Sequence record: LR756500.1
Length of the DNA stretch: 64,000 bases
Reading direction: 5' to 3' (one strand)
In this document: positions 38,866 through 49,318 of the stretch, in pieces
Layout of the letters: each line of letters starts with the position of its first letter
Position numbering within the stretch: position 1 is the first letter of the stretch
The notes under the pieces: generated by a model
What the model was told of the DNA's origin: nothing
Seen by the model: the letters and a program-made list of their open reading frames with translations, nothing else
Databases searched by the model: none
Program-made: the position numbers and the translations under genes

Positions 38866-39939
38866 TTATAATAAGTTTGTTGCCATTTCTGCCAATGGAC
38901 TTCTTTCTCCTTTTAATAAATTAATATGAGTAAACATAGGTTGACCCTTTAATTTGTGAATTAAATAAGTTAATCCGTTAGAGTGTTTATCTAAATAAGG
39001 AGAATCAATTTGAAATATATCTCCAGTAAAAACAAATTTTGCTCCCTGACCAGCTCTAGTTATAATAGTTTTAACTTCATGAGGAGTTAAATTTTGAGCT
39101 TCATCAATAATAAAATAAGTATTAGCTAAACTACGTCCTCGTATATATGCTAAAGGTGTTATAATTAATTTATCATTTTTTTGTAATTCCTCTATTTGTC
39201 GTAGTTCATTACTGCCCTTACTAAAATTGTATTTTATAACACCTAAATTATCAAATAATGGTTGCATATAAGGAGCAATTTTTTCATTAACATCACCTGG
39301 TAAAAATCCTATGTCTCTATTAGCTAATGGAACAATAGGTCTTGCTAACATTATTGATGCATATTTATTAGATTGCTCTAAAGCAGCGGTAAGTGCCAGA
39401 AGGGTTTTACCAGTATTATGTGAACTTATTCCATCTCCACCCCAATATCTATGATTTTCATGCAATACTTCAAAATCATATACCTCACTATCCTTTAATT
39501 TTTTTATTTCTTTAATTTCACTCCATCCATCTTTAGTATAAATAGCATCACCTATATTTAAATTTTCAGTTTTTTCCCAGCCTAATCTTTTTTCTAATAA
39601 ATGATCAAATGAACATTTTATAGAAAGCTTATTTGATGTTAGTATTTTAAAACATTCTCTTTTTGATTTTTTATAAAAATCACCAATCTCTTGATATCCA
39701 TCAGGCGTATCAATTAATATCATATTAGAAATATTAGAATTATAAAGGGTTTCAATTTCTATAATTTCACTATAATTACGTATATGTTCATTAAAAAATG
39801 CATTTATTTCTTTTTCATAATATTTACTTATCTCATTAATAGATATATCATCAGTAATATTTAAAACTTTTCGAATTTCAATGACATTATAATATTCTAA
39901 TAATTCTTCTATTTTTTCTTCTATTTTTAAATTCATCAT
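38866..39939 (-). CDS. phoH: split-intein C-fragment (175 aa) fused to the PhoH C-terminal half
   Basis: Intein blocks [15 protein letters not shown] and SSHN (N at 39415-17), followed by TGKTLLAL...RGRSL...IIDEAQN...GDIFQID. Confidence 0.9.
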   Translation of the reverse strand: MMNLKIEEKIEELLEYYNVIEIRKVLNITDDISINEISKYYEKEINAFFNEHIRNYSEIIEIETLYNSNISNMILIDTPDGYQEIGDFYKKSKRECFKILTSNKLSIKCSFDHLLEKRLGWEKTENLNIGDAIYTKDGWSEIKEIKKLKDSEVYDFEVLHENHRYWGGDGISSHNTGKTLLALTAALEQSNKYASIMLARPIVPLANRDIGFLPGDVNEKIAPYMQPLFDNLGVIKYNFSKGSNELRQIEELQKNDKLIITPLAYIRGRSLANTYFIIDEAQNLTPHEVKTIITRAGQGAKFVFTGDIFQIDSPYLDKHSNGLTYLIHKLKGQPMFTHINLLKGERSPLAEMATNLL

Positions 39940-41179
39940 GTATAATTTTTGTTATTTTTTTAATTGTATTAAATATATTATCACTATCCCAAATAATTAA
40001 TACATTTTTATTATTATTAATAGCAATATTTTGTTTATAAATATCTTTTTTAAAAATCACTTCTGCATCTTCTTTTGAATATAAATGTCTCCAATTATTC
40101 CATTCATTTATTGATAATTTTTCTTTATTAGGATGAATATGACTTCCATTATATTCAATAATTATATCTAAATCTTTTATATAAAAATCGTAAAAATATA
40201 TTTTTTTAGTTTCTTGATCATATATAAAATATTCATTCTCTTTATACATATATTCAAACTCTATTCCATAATCTTTCTTACATATTTCTATTAACTTATC
40301 AAAAAATATAATAGATGATTTAGAATAAAATTTATTTTTCCAAGCTTTAATTTTTTTGTTTAAAATTTCTATTTTTTCTTCATCGGATTTATTATTTAAT
40401 GTTTGCTGCCATTTATCTTGTCTTTTTTTCCATACTAAATATCCTTCTTGTTTTCCATACTTTTCTATACATTTTTCTAAACTAAATGTACTTTGTCTTT
40501 CTGATAAAGCTTTATATGCTTCTAATAAACTTAAACCTTTATTTAAAAAATGTTGTAAAGTAGTAGGATAAATATATGTTCTCTCTCCACTAACTTTATA
40601 TCTTTTTATAGCTTCAGCTCCTTTACTTTGTTTATTATAAATTTTTTCTTTAGCTTCTTCATCAGTATATAAGTTATTAGTTATAGGATTAATTTTATTT
40701 AAATAAAATTCCCATCTATTACTATTACCAAACGATTTTTTAATTTCATCATAATTTTTTTTATTTTTAGTTGTTACATATTTTTTATTGTATATTTCTT
40801 TTTGTACTTTTATAGCTTCATATATTGATATATTTCGTTTTTTAGATATATTTTTAATAGAAATATTTCCTTGACGATTTTTAATCAATAGTTTAGTTTC
40901 AAGTTCAGACCAACCTCTATTTAAATAATATTCATTAGAAGTATTTGAATTTGGACCATATCCTAATAAAGTATTTGTTATTTTAGTTTTTAAATTAATA
41001 TTATTAAATATTTCTAAATATAAATCATATTTTATTTTTAAATTTTCTGTATTATAAGTATTAATGTGTTTTATATTTTGTTTTATAATATCACAATATT
41101 TATTAAAATTTAGTGGTTCATTTAATAATATAAAATTTCTTTTTTCTTTAATTTTTTTAAATAATAAATTTAAACTCAT
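39887..41179 (-). mobile_element. free-standing Vsr-like/PD-(D/E)XK homing endonuclease between the phoH halves
   Basis: YFYDFYIKDLDIIIEYNGSHIHP...VLIIWD C-terminal nuclease; helical YY..RGW N-terminal region. Confidence 0.75.
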
Positions 41180-41225
41180 AATATATTTTTATTTTATATA
41201 TTATGAGTTTAAATTTATTATCCAG

Positions 41226-42128
41226 CTATTCCTGTTGATTTTTACTATTAATTTTATTTTTTGATTTCATTTTATATATTTTAATTTTTTCATCTGGATA
41301 TAAACATCCTGCTTTTCCAGTTAATACTATTAAAGGACAATCATTATTTAATAAAGCATGCATTGCAAAAGATTGTTCTGCATTTTTAGGTTCAATTCCA
41401 AATATTTTTTTCTTATCTATTTTAATAAGTTTATCTGTATTTTTATCGTAATATGCTAATGCACTAGATGTATCACATTTTAAAATAAAATATTCGTTAG
41501 ACTGCGGATAATCACTTTCAGTAAAACCTAAATCAACAGGACTTAATCCTTTAGGTGTAACATATAATTTATCTATATTATCAGCAGTCAATTGTTTTAA
41601 AATATCTGCTTGTTTATCAACTATATTTGTATCTTCAATTTTTCCGGCTTTATAATCTTCTGCATCTATACCTAATGATAAAGCTTTCATTCTTAGATTA
41701 ATATCTTGACTTACTAGTATTACCTTTTTAGGTATATAATTTTTGTTTATTAATCCATTTGAATCATATTCAGCATATTGTTCTTTTAATTTACTAGCAA
41801 TAGCAAGTATTCTATGATCTGCGGTTTTCTCTGGAAAAGATGTTGACAAATCATCATTAAAAGGAGCTCCTTTAACTATAAATAATTTTCCTAATCTTTC
41901 TCCTAAAACTATTCCTTCTTTAAAGTTTCCAAGCTCAGCTAATTTATTAAGTTCACGTACAAATTCTCTGGCATGAAAATTTATAGTTTCTGAACCCTTT
42001 TTAAATTTATCTAATTCTTCTAAAACTACTATAGGTATAACTACATCGTTATCTCTAAAATTATATATACATTTATAATCATATAATAGAACATTTGTAT
42101 CTAACACTAAAATTTTATTCATTTTCAA
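41226..42128 (-). CDS. phoH: PIN-PhoH N-terminal half fused to a short split-intein N-fragment (26 aa)
   Basis: VLDTNV...VLEELD...ADHRIL...SQDINLR PIN domain; ends VLTGKAG-CLYPDEKIKI (Cys at 41304-06). Confidence 0.9.
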   Translation of the reverse strand: MKMNKILVLDTNVLLYDYKCIYNFRDNDVVIPIVVLEELDKFKKGSETINFHAREFVRELNKLAELGNFKEGIVLGERLGKLFIVKGAPFNDDLSTSFPEKTADHRILAIASKLKEQYAEYDSNGLINKNYIPKKVILVSQDINLRMKALSLGIDAEDYKAGKIEDTNIVDKQADILKQLTADNIDKLYVTPKGLSPVDLGFTESDYPQSNEYFILKCDTSSALAYYDKNTDKLIKIDKKKIFGIEPKNAEQSFAMHALLNNDCPLIVLTGKAGCLYPDEKIKIYKMKSKNKINSKNQQE

Positions 42129-42432
42129 TTTTTTTAACTTTTAAATGTATTTCTGTTAATATAGGACCTTTTAATTTTGCATTAAAATATAATCTATCTC
42201 CAATATCGGGGATTACTATTTTAATAATTTTATAAGAAGCATTTTTAAATTTAAGAATTTCATCTACAGATATAAATGGTCCTCCATCAAAATCTATAAA
42301 ACCGATACTTCCATCTTCTAAAGAACCATATCTATTAAAATGAGTAAGACCTGATAAAACTACAGTATAATCAGAAATTAATTCAAATTTTCGATTATCA
42401 CCATATCTAGATATTATATCTATTACATTCAT
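42115..42432 (-). CDS. hypothetical protein
   Basis: 105-aa ORF. Confidence 0.7.
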   Translation of the reverse strand: MNVIDIISRYGDNRKFELISDYTVVLSGLTHFNRYGSLEDGSIGFIDFDGGPFISVDEILKFKNASYKIIKIVIPDIGDRLYFNAKLKGPILTEIHLKVKKIENE

Positions 42433-42623
42433 ACTTTAGTAATTTTTAAATTATCGTCTTGTTTAAAGACTTTATAACAACCTTGATCTGTTTTTTTAGT
42501 ATATTGTGTACCATTATGTGTCTGAGTGTTCCAAAATTTATCTGCATCTTCCTTTGATAAATTTTTTTTAATTATAATCCAACGTTTATCGCATTTATCA
42601 TAAAATTTAACACAATATTTCAT
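42429..42623 (-). CDS. hypothetical protein
   Basis: 64-aa ORF. Confidence 0.6.
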   Translation of the reverse strand: MKYCVKFYDKCDKRWIIIKKNLSKEDADKFWNTQTHNGTQYTKKTDQGCYKVFKQDDNLKITKV

Positions 42624-42787
42624 TAATCATCTTCTTCTTTTTTTCTACATTCTTTGCATAAAAATGGTTTTCCTTTAATAGAATAAGATATATATTTAAA
42701 TATTTGAGCAATGCATTGAAATATTATTAATGCTAATAAAAATGTTAAAATTGGGTGATTACCCATAAATATTAATAATTCATTCAT
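42623..42787 (-). CDS. small single-TM protein with CxxC (54 aa, not in ORF track)
   Basis: MNELLIFMGNHPILTFLLALII...LCKECR. Confidence 0.55.
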   Translation of the reverse strand: MNELLIFMGNHPILTFLLALIIFQCIAQIFKYISYSIKGKPFLCKECRKKEEDD

Positions 42788-42809
42788 AGTTATTATTTTT
42801 TATTATATG

Positions 42810-43418
42810 TTAAAAATTAATTTTGTTTAATTTTTTGTAAAAATAAATATTATCGTGAAGTCCTTCCCATTTTGGTATAGATATATCAGATTCTATTTCT
42901 TCGAAATTATTATTTAAGTATTCAAAAAAATTATCATTACCAGTACATCCTCCTGATCTTTCACCAACATAAATTAATACTTTATTTTTATCCATTGCTT
43001 TTACAACTCTTTCAGCAACATCATAATTATAAGGAGGCCAAGCCATAAATACATTTCTGTTATTATATTTTATAACAGCTTCTTCAGCATCTAATTCTTC
43101 TACTTTAGTATAAAATTTACCATCCATACACCAAGCATTTTTTTTATTAGGATGAATATCAGTACAAACTATATCAACACCTTCTTTTTCTAAAAGACTT
43201 TCTGTATACGCATATCCACTACATACGCTGAGAATAGGAGAATATTTTTTAATTTCTCTTATCATTTCATCTGTTGGTATATGCCAAGATGTTCCTTTTC
43301 TAAATTTTTCTCTTTTACTATAAGAATTCATAAATCCATCTAATTTATCTAAAATAGATCCATCAAATATAGATTTTTCTATAAGAGGAATTAATTCCTC
43401 GGGTACTAAAATTTTCAT
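42810..43418 (-). CDS. SAM-dependent methyltransferase-like protein
   Basis: ILSVCSGYAY motif I, MAWPPY and YVGE..GGCTG. Confidence 0.6.
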   Translation of the reverse strand: MKILVPEELIPLIEKSIFDGSILDKLDGFMNSYSKREKFRKGTSWHIPTDEMIREIKKYSPILSVCSGYAYTESLLEKEGVDIVCTDIHPNKKNAWCMDGKFYTKVEELDAEEAVIKYNNRNVFMAWPPYNYDVAERVVKAMDKNKVLIYVGERSGGCTGNDNFFEYLNNNFEEIESDISIPKWEGLHDNIYFYKKLNKINF

Positions 43419-44215
43419 ATTAAAACTCTGTATTCTTTTTCTAAAATTTGTTCAAATTGTTTAATTATATAAATAAAATCTTCCGGTAATCTATCTAATG
43501 TTTTATTTATCCACTGTTTAGGAATTGTTTTATAATATGATTGAGACATAGCTCCAACCATTGAAGCTATAGTATCAGTATCGCCTCCTAACATAATAGC
43601 TTTATGCATAGCATCTTCAAATGAATCACTTTGTAAAAATATAATTATAGATTCTGGGACTGATTTTTGACAACTAACTTGAAATTTATAATCTTTAATT
43701 ATATCCGTATATTTTCTTTTTAAATCATATTTAAAAGCGTATTCAATAAAAGTTTTAATATACTTTTTATTTTTACCACTTCTTGATAAACTTATTACAG
43801 ATGCTACAGCTTGTGCTCCTTTAATTCCTTCTATATGATTATGAGTAGGCATTGCACTTAATTTAGAATAATAAAGTGCATCTTTAATATCTTTAGCAAT
43901 AAATCCAATAGGACTAACTCTCATTGCTGATCCATTTCCCCAACTATTATAAGGTTGTGGATCATCTTCTTTTAACCATGTTCTAAATGCTTTTCCATAT
44001 CCAACATCAAAATATTTATTGCCATATTCTAAAAAATTACTTTTAAAATCATTTTCAATAGGTTCATTTTTAAGCATTGTTTTAGCTACTGCTATAGTCA
44101 TAACTGTATCATCTGTAAAATGACTTTTAGATGTAAAATTTTTAAAATTAAAATTTTTACAATTTTTTCTTTCAAAACGACTTCCCTGTACATCCCCTAT
44201 TATTGCTCCAAACAT
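43415..44215 (-). CDS. ADP-ribosylglycohydrolase (DraG/ARH family)
   Basis: GAIIGD, FTDDT, SWGNGSAMR, THNH and GGDTDT. Confidence 0.9.
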   Translation of the reverse strand: MFGAIIGDVQGSRFERKNCKNFNFKNFTSKSHFTDDTVMTIAVAKTMLKNEPIENDFKSNFLEYGNKYFDVGYGKAFRTWLKEDDPQPYNSWGNGSAMRVSPIGFIAKDIKDALYYSKLSAMPTHNHIEGIKGAQAVASVISLSRSGKNKKYIKTFIEYAFKYDLKRKYTDIIKDYKFQVSCQKSVPESIIIFLQSDSFEDAMHKAIMLGGDTDTIASMVGAMSQSYYKTIPKQWINKTLDRLPEDFIYIIKQFEQILEKEYRVLI

Positions 44216-44339
44216 ATATTTCTTTTTAAAAATTAAGTTTAAACCGATGCATTATAATAATAGCATATTTTTTTAATATTACCTATTATTAAAATATTTA
44301 GCTATAACCAAGATTATTAGAATTAAACCGGTTTAAATT

Positions 44340-44891
44340 TTAAATAAGCTTATTAGCAATTCCTAATTTAACCGCTTCATTTGCTGATATATACCAGTCT
44401 AATTTTTCTTTATTAATAAGTTTTATTTTTTCTTTTGTTATTTTAGTTTTTTCAGAAATAATTTCAGATAATATTTTTTGTACTCTATCAAGTTCTTTAA
44501 TATTCTCTTTTAATTCAGTAATTGATCCAAATAATCCTGATGCAGCTTCATGTAGCATAAATGTTGCATATTTATGAGAATATCGTTGTACTCCTGCTAA
44601 AAAAATAATTGCTCCCATACTCATAATTTTTCCAAATCCATAAGTATAAACTGGAGTATAAGATTTTTCAATTATTCCATATAATGCTAATCCATCATAT
44701 ACACTTCCTCCAAATGAATTAATTATAAGTTCAATAGGTCTTATTTTATAATTATTATAAATTTCACTCATTCTTGCATCATAATCACTTATTTCTAAAA
44801 TTTTTTCTATTACTTCTTTAATTACATAATCATTTATATCATTTGATAATACAATATATCTATTTTTGTCTAATTCTGTTTCTATTTGCAT
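44340..44891 (-). CDS. clpP: ClpP-like protease subunit
   Basis: INSFGGSVYDG, SMG (Ser), FMLHE (His) and DWY. Confidence 0.85.
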   Translation of the reverse strand: MQIETELDKNRYIVLSNDINDYVIKEVIEKILEISDYDARMSEIYNNYKIRPIELIINSFGGSVYDGLALYGIIEKSYTPVYTYGFGKIMSMGAIIFLAGVQRYSHKYATFMLHEAASGLFGSITELKENIKELDRVQKILSEIISEKTKITKEKIKLINKEKLDWYISANEAVKLGIANKLI

Positions 44892-44895
44892 ATTT

Positions 44896-46083
44896 TTACA
44901 TTAATGATAAATCTCTTTTACATAATTCTATTTCACTATCTAATCCTAAATGTTTTATTGGATTATCTGATAATTTAACTGTTCCAATATATTGTTTACC
45001 AAATGGCTTTGCAAATGTCATTTTAATGACCATATTTAATGGTCTAAATCCTACGTCATTTGTAAGATTAGTGCCTATACCAAATGATGCTTTAATTTTA
45101 CCATTACAATATTCATTTATATCTATTGCTAACTGGGGATCTAATGAATCAGAAAAAACTATAGTTTTAGTTTTAGGATCAATTCCTAAACTATTATAAT
45201 GATTAATTACTTTATTTGCAAATTCAAAAGGATCACCACTATCGTGACGAACGCCATCAAACAATTTTGCTAAAGACAAATCAAAGCTATTGAAAAATGA
45301 ATCAGTAGTAAAAGTATCTGAAAGAGCAATTCCTAAATCTCCTCTATATACATTTACCCAATTATCCATTGCTAATTTATTAGCCATTCTATAACCATAT
45401 TTAACTCCATGAAACATAAACCATTCATGAGCATGAGTTCCAATTATTTTTAAATTATATTTTAATCCAAAATAAACATTTGAAGTTCCAATAAACCATT
45501 TATGTAAATTATTTTCTAAAAAATCTTTTATAACTTTTTCTTGATTATCAAAAGAAGCTCTTCTTCTTGTTCCAAAATCAACAACTTTAATATTATTAAA
45601 ATTAAATAATTTAGATTTAGTCAAATTAATTTCAGTTCTTTCATCTTCAGATTTCATTATTTGACCAGTCATTTTAAAAAATAATTCAGAAATCACAGCC
45701 ATTAATGGAACTTCCCATAATATAGTTTCATGCCATGGACCTTCAATAACAACTTGTAAATCTCCATTTGTTTGAATTATACCTACCTGACTAGGATCAA
45801 ATCTATATCCATTTAAATAAGTAATATAAGTGGGATCTAAATAACTACCGCATTTTTCTGTTAACTTAATTCTTTCTTCGTTAGTTAATTTTAATTCTTT
45901 AAAACTATCTACTTGTTTTCTAAGTTCTGATGCAAATCCTTCTGGAAATTTATCTTCTTTTCTTCTATTAATAAACTCATATTTAACATCAGCTCTAGGA
46001 AATAATTTTATAACTGCCTGTTGTTGAGTAAATTTATAAAGATCAGAATCTAAAATTGAATTAATAATTCTTGGATATTTCAT
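44896..46083 (-). CDS. pncB: nicotinate phosphoribosyltransferase
   Basis: LDSDLYKFT, DFGTRRR, GTSNV, GTHAHEW, RHDSGDP and FGIGT. Confidence 0.92.
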   Translation of the reverse strand: MKYPRIINSILDSDLYKFTQQQAVIKLFPRADVKYEFINRRKEDKFPEGFASELRKQVDSFKELKLTNEERIKLTEKCGSYLDPTYITYLNGYRFDPSQVGIIQTNGDLQVVIEGPWHETILWEVPLMAVISELFFKMTGQIMKSEDERTEINLTKSKLFNFNNIKVVDFGTRRRASFDNQEKVIKDFLENNLHKWFIGTSNVYFGLKYNLKIIGTHAHEWFMFHGVKYGYRMANKLAMDNWVNVYRGDLGIALSDTFTTDSFFNSFDLSLAKLFDGVRHDSGDPFEFANKVINHYNSLGIDPKTKTIVFSDSLDPQLAIDINEYCNGKIKASFGIGTNLTNDVGFRPLNMVIKMTFAKPFGKQYIGTVKLSDNPIKHLGLDSEIELCKRDLSLM

Positions 46084-46087
46084 AATA

Positions 46088-46567
46088 TTATATTTTTAAA
46101 AATTCTTTACAAGTGTCTATTAAATTATTTTTTATTTTATTATCGAACTTTTTACTAATATACCTTCTGCCTGGGAATCCATCTTCAATACCTACAGCTA
46201 AATTTATACATGTATGTTGATAATATGTATACCATTCTCCTAATTCAAATCTAGTAGTTTGAGCATAAGATCGTCCTTCAATTTTTTCTTTTTCATTAGG
46301 TAACCAGAATAATATACCATAGCCTTTAAATGCCGCGGCATTTAAATATTTACTTTCCCATTCGACTTGTTTATTATATTCAATTTCATTTTTTTCAATA
46401 CCTATCTTTCTTTTAGGACAAGCTATAATAGCATCACTATTTTCAATTAAAAATTTTATAGCTTCTTCATGCCAATCAAATGCTCCTTGAATCGGACCAG
46501 CTAAAAATATTAATCTATTATGATATTTTTCATTAATTTTTGATGGTGCATAAAATATTCTTTTCAT
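46088..46567 (-). CDS. nucleoside 2-deoxyribosyltransferase-like protein
   Basis: IFLAGPI...W, QVEWE...ILFW, TRFELG. Confidence 0.75.
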   Translation of the reverse strand: MKRIFYAPSKINEKYHNRLIFLAGPIQGAFDWHEEAIKFLIENSDAIIACPKRKIGIEKNEIEYNKQVEWESKYLNAAAFKGYGILFWLPNEKEKIEGRSYAQTTRFELGEWYTYYQHTCINLAVGIEDGFPGRRYISKKFDNKIKNNLIDTCKEFLKI

Positions 46568-47124
46568 AATTTGGTATTTTTAAAATTTGAATTAACAGTT
46601 AATTCTCCTGCAAATACATTTATGTCTAATAATTCAATTTTATTTCTATAAACTATAATATCATTTTCAGATAATAAACTAAAATGCCAAGCGTCAGATG
46701 ATACATTTATCATTTTTCTTTGTACTTGCCATAAAGCGTGAACATGACCAACTATATTAAACATTTCATTACATTGACATTTTTCTGGGTAATGATTAAG
46801 ATAATATGGGTTTCCTTTGATTTCTATTATATTATAATTTAATACTTCTACAAAATATTGTTCAAGAAAATTTCTATCATATTTTAAATCATAATTACCT
46901 GAAATAAGAATTTTAATTCCATTTAACTGATTAAGAATTTTATAACCTTCTTTTGTTACAGATACATCTCCTAAATGATATACTAAATCTTCAGGTTTAA
47001 CTTTTTCATTCCATCTTTTAATAATATATTCATCAACTTCTTTTGAATTTGAAAATAAAAAATCTCTTCCAAATAAATTTAATCTTTCATCATGAAAATG
47101 CGTATCTGATGTAAAATATCTCAT
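46564..47124 (-). CDS. calcineurin-like metallophosphoesterase
   Basis: SDTHF, HLGD, GNYD, HYP and GHVH. Confidence 0.8.
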   Translation of the reverse strand: MRYFTSDTHFHDERLNLFGRDFLFSNSKEVDEYIIKRWNEKVKPEDLVYHLGDVSVTKEGYKILNQLNGIKILISGNYDLKYDRNFLEQYFVEVLNYNIIEIKGNPYYLNHYPEKCQCNEMFNIVGHVHALWQVQRKMINVSSDAWHFSLLSENDIIVYRNKIELLDINVFAGELTVNSNFKNTKL

Positions 47125-47594
47125 TATTCTATTGTAAAATTAACATTAACACCCATTTGTTTTAATTTGTCTACTGCTTCCTCTGCTTCTTTAATAAATT
47201 TCTTTATCATTTTTTTATCATCTGTATATGTAAGATAATAATAATCATCATATCCACATCCTTCATAATCCCATTTATCGTAAAGATAACGAATTCCAAA
47301 TAATGTCGTAGGTTCTTTTAATTCACTTCCTAATATATCATAAATAAAATCTTTTATGATTTTCTGTTTTCCATGTACATCTCCTTCATCTATACTTACA
47401 TTATCAAATCCTTTAAGTTCTTTAATAAACATTTTTAGAAATTCTTGATTAATTTCCTCTACTTGAAACTCTTTTTTTATTTCTTGAAAGTTTTCTCTAA
47501 TAATATCTTCAAATTCTTTTACAAATTGTAATACTGTTATTTTATTTACTTTAAGGTTTGTATTAAAAGTAAAATGTATATCTCTTGCTGGCAT
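47124..47594 (-). CDS. hypothetical protein
   Basis: 156-aa ORF. Confidence 0.7.
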   Translation of the reverse strand: MPARDIHFTFNTNLKVNKITVLQFVKEFEDIIRENFQEIKKEFQVEEINQEFLKMFIKELKGFDNVSIDEGDVHGKQKIIKDFIYDILGSELKEPTTLFGIRYLYDKWDYEGCGYDDYYYLTYTDDKKMIKKFIKEAEEAVDKLKQMGVNVNFTIE

Positions 47595-47603
47595 AATTTG
47601 TAT

Positions 47604-48515
47604 TTAAATAGATTTAATAAAAAAATCAAATAATTCATGATGAACATCCATAATAAATTCTTCTTTAAATGATATATTCTTAGCATCTTCAATATTAAAC
47701 CATTTTAATTCTGCTATATCATCTCCAGGATGAACATCAGTAGTAACTGTTGCTTTAAATAAAGTTGTTAAAATTTTATCGACTTCATTACGATATCTCC
47801 AATCATTCATTACTTTATTTGTAATATAAGTTATATCTTTTAATTCTCCACCACCTTCTTCTTTAAATTCTCTTTTTACAGTATCATATAAATTTTTATC
47901 TGTAGAAGGATCAAAAAATCCACCAATGAATCGATATTTAGGTTCATGTGCTCTTTTACCGAATAATACTTTGGTAACACTTTCATTTATTATACCAACA
48001 TCAATTACGGGAAAACCACAAGGAAATTTAGTATTCATTGCATAAATTATACCTCTTCTAAAATCTTTAGAAGCTCTAATTTCTTTACTTATATCTCTTC
48101 GTGTTGCAGTAGCACTGATCAATTTTGTAGGCTTAAGTTCTCTTGTTTCAAATTTACCTTTATAATGAGGTATAAAAGAATCTCTACTGCCATATAAAAC
48201 AACTGATGAAGTATTATAAACTTCACCTATTCTAGAATCAACTTCATGACTCCATTTTTTATCATCGCCCTGATCTGGAATAGGTAAAATATTTACATTA
48301 GTATATAATTCTTCAATCATTAATTTACGTGTAGCAAATTCTAAAGGATTATTTCTAGAAGGAATAGTTTTAGCAACTCCTAAAAATATAATAACTTTTT
48401 TATGTTTATTACTAACATAATCTATTAATTCTACATGACCTTCTGTAAGTTCATCTGTTTGGAATCTTGCAATAATTACACCTACTTCAAAATCTTTTTC
48501 AAATGTATCATCCAT
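47604..48515 (-). CDS. nadM: bifunctional NMN/NaMN adenylyltransferase-Nudix hydrolase
   Basis: ARFQ...GH, RNPL, SATATR, then RFIGGF...REFKEE Nudix box and PGDD. Confidence 0.88.
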   Translation of the reverse strand: MDDTFEKDFEVGVIIARFQTDELTEGHVELIDYVSNKHKKVIIFLGVAKTIPSRNNPLEFATRKLMIEELYTNVNILPIPDQGDDKKWSHEVDSRIGEVYNTSSVVLYGSRDSFIPHYKGKFETRELKPTKLISATATRRDISKEIRASKDFRRGIIYAMNTKFPCGFPVIDVGIINESVTKVLFGKRAHEPKYRFIGGFFDPSTDKNLYDTVKREFKEEGGGELKDITYITNKVMNDWRYRNEVDKILTTLFKATVTTDVHPGDDIAELKWFNIEDAKNISFKEEFIMDVHHELFDFFIKSI

Positions 48516-48577
48516 ATTATTTAATATTGAGAGTATTTAATTATGTAAATATAATAATAAAGTTAGTTAAATAAAAA

Positions 48578-48808
48578 TTATAAGGGAAGTTTAACAGAAC
48601 TTAAAACTTCAGAATCTATAATTTGTGGAAAATATTTTTCTGAACGAGGTCTACTAAAATCAACTTTTATAAATTTTTTATTAAGAATTTTTAGTGCACT
48701 TAGATATTGATTTTGTTGTTGATATGAAGTAAACTTATAGGTATTAATAAAATCACTAAAATCTTCTGAAGATAAATGAATTCCACTTTTATTTTGAAGT
48801 TTTAGAAA
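48578..48808 (-). pseudogene. relic of a tyrosine recombinase N-terminal region
   Basis: Start-less frame FLKLQNKSGIHLSSEDF...SYQQQNQYLSALKIL...VDFSRPRSEKYFPQIID resembles the SAM-domain/linker of Bacteroidota XerD/integron-like integrases. Confidence 0.5.
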
Positions 48809-48809
48809 A

Positions 48810-49037
48810 TTATAGAACCGCCCAATGCGTAACTTTCTCCATAGTCATAAAGCCGAAGATATTTTTCTTTGGTCTAATCCTAAATGGTTTTTCATCTTCA
48901 ATACCGTTCTCAAATCTAACAGCATAGTAATCTTCGGTTTCAGGCAATCGCTCTGTTACAGGAATCCATAAATAACTACCGACATCATATATACCCAATT
49001 TGGGATTCTCTATGTTGTTCAAATTTTGTTCTTCCAT
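48810..49037 (-). CDS. DUF551-like small protein
   Basis: WIPVTERLPE...VTHW. Confidence 0.65.
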   Translation of the reverse strand: MEEQNLNNIENPKLGIYDVGSYLWIPVTERLPETEDYYAVRFENGIEDEKPFRIRPKKNIFGFMTMEKVTHWAVL

Positions 49038-49109
49038 ATTTATTTTATTTTTAAGTTGATAATTCTGTGTTATGAATCTCCAACATCGTTTAGCTGCAAA
49101 ATATTATGT
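48975..49109 (-). mobile_element. attC-like recombination site
   Basis: Arms ACATAATATTTTGCAGCTAAACGATGTTGGAGATT and AATCCCAAATTGGGTATATATGATGT are partly complementary; the site starts right after the upstream stop. Confidence 0.4.
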
Positions 49110-49113
49110 GTCA

Positions 49114-49305
49114 TTAAGATAAAACTACATAATAATCTCTATTTACACTTCTTTCTTCTTCTGCTATTAACTCAAGAACTTCCGATACTTTACCTTTCCA
49201 ACAACACATTCCACCATATGCTGATATTATTTCCACATCAACATCATTGTCTAAATGTTCGTGTGTTACTCCTTTTATTATACCTTCAAAATCTTTAATA
49301 TTCAT
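49114..49305 (-). CDS. cassette-like hypothetical protein (63 aa)
   Basis: MNIKDFEG start sits just after a GTTATGT core site. Confidence 0.6.
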   Translation of the reverse strand: MNIKDFEGIIKGVTHEHLDNDVDVEIISAYGGMCCWKGKVSEVLELIAEEERSVNRDYYVVLS

Positions 49306-49318
49306 AATAATTAACACT

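Noticed and set aside
41180-41303. Group I intron joining the phoH halves
   Set aside because: No intron core was recognised, and canonical intein termini (Cys1, His-Asn, +1 Thr) explain the split; kept only as an alternative to test.
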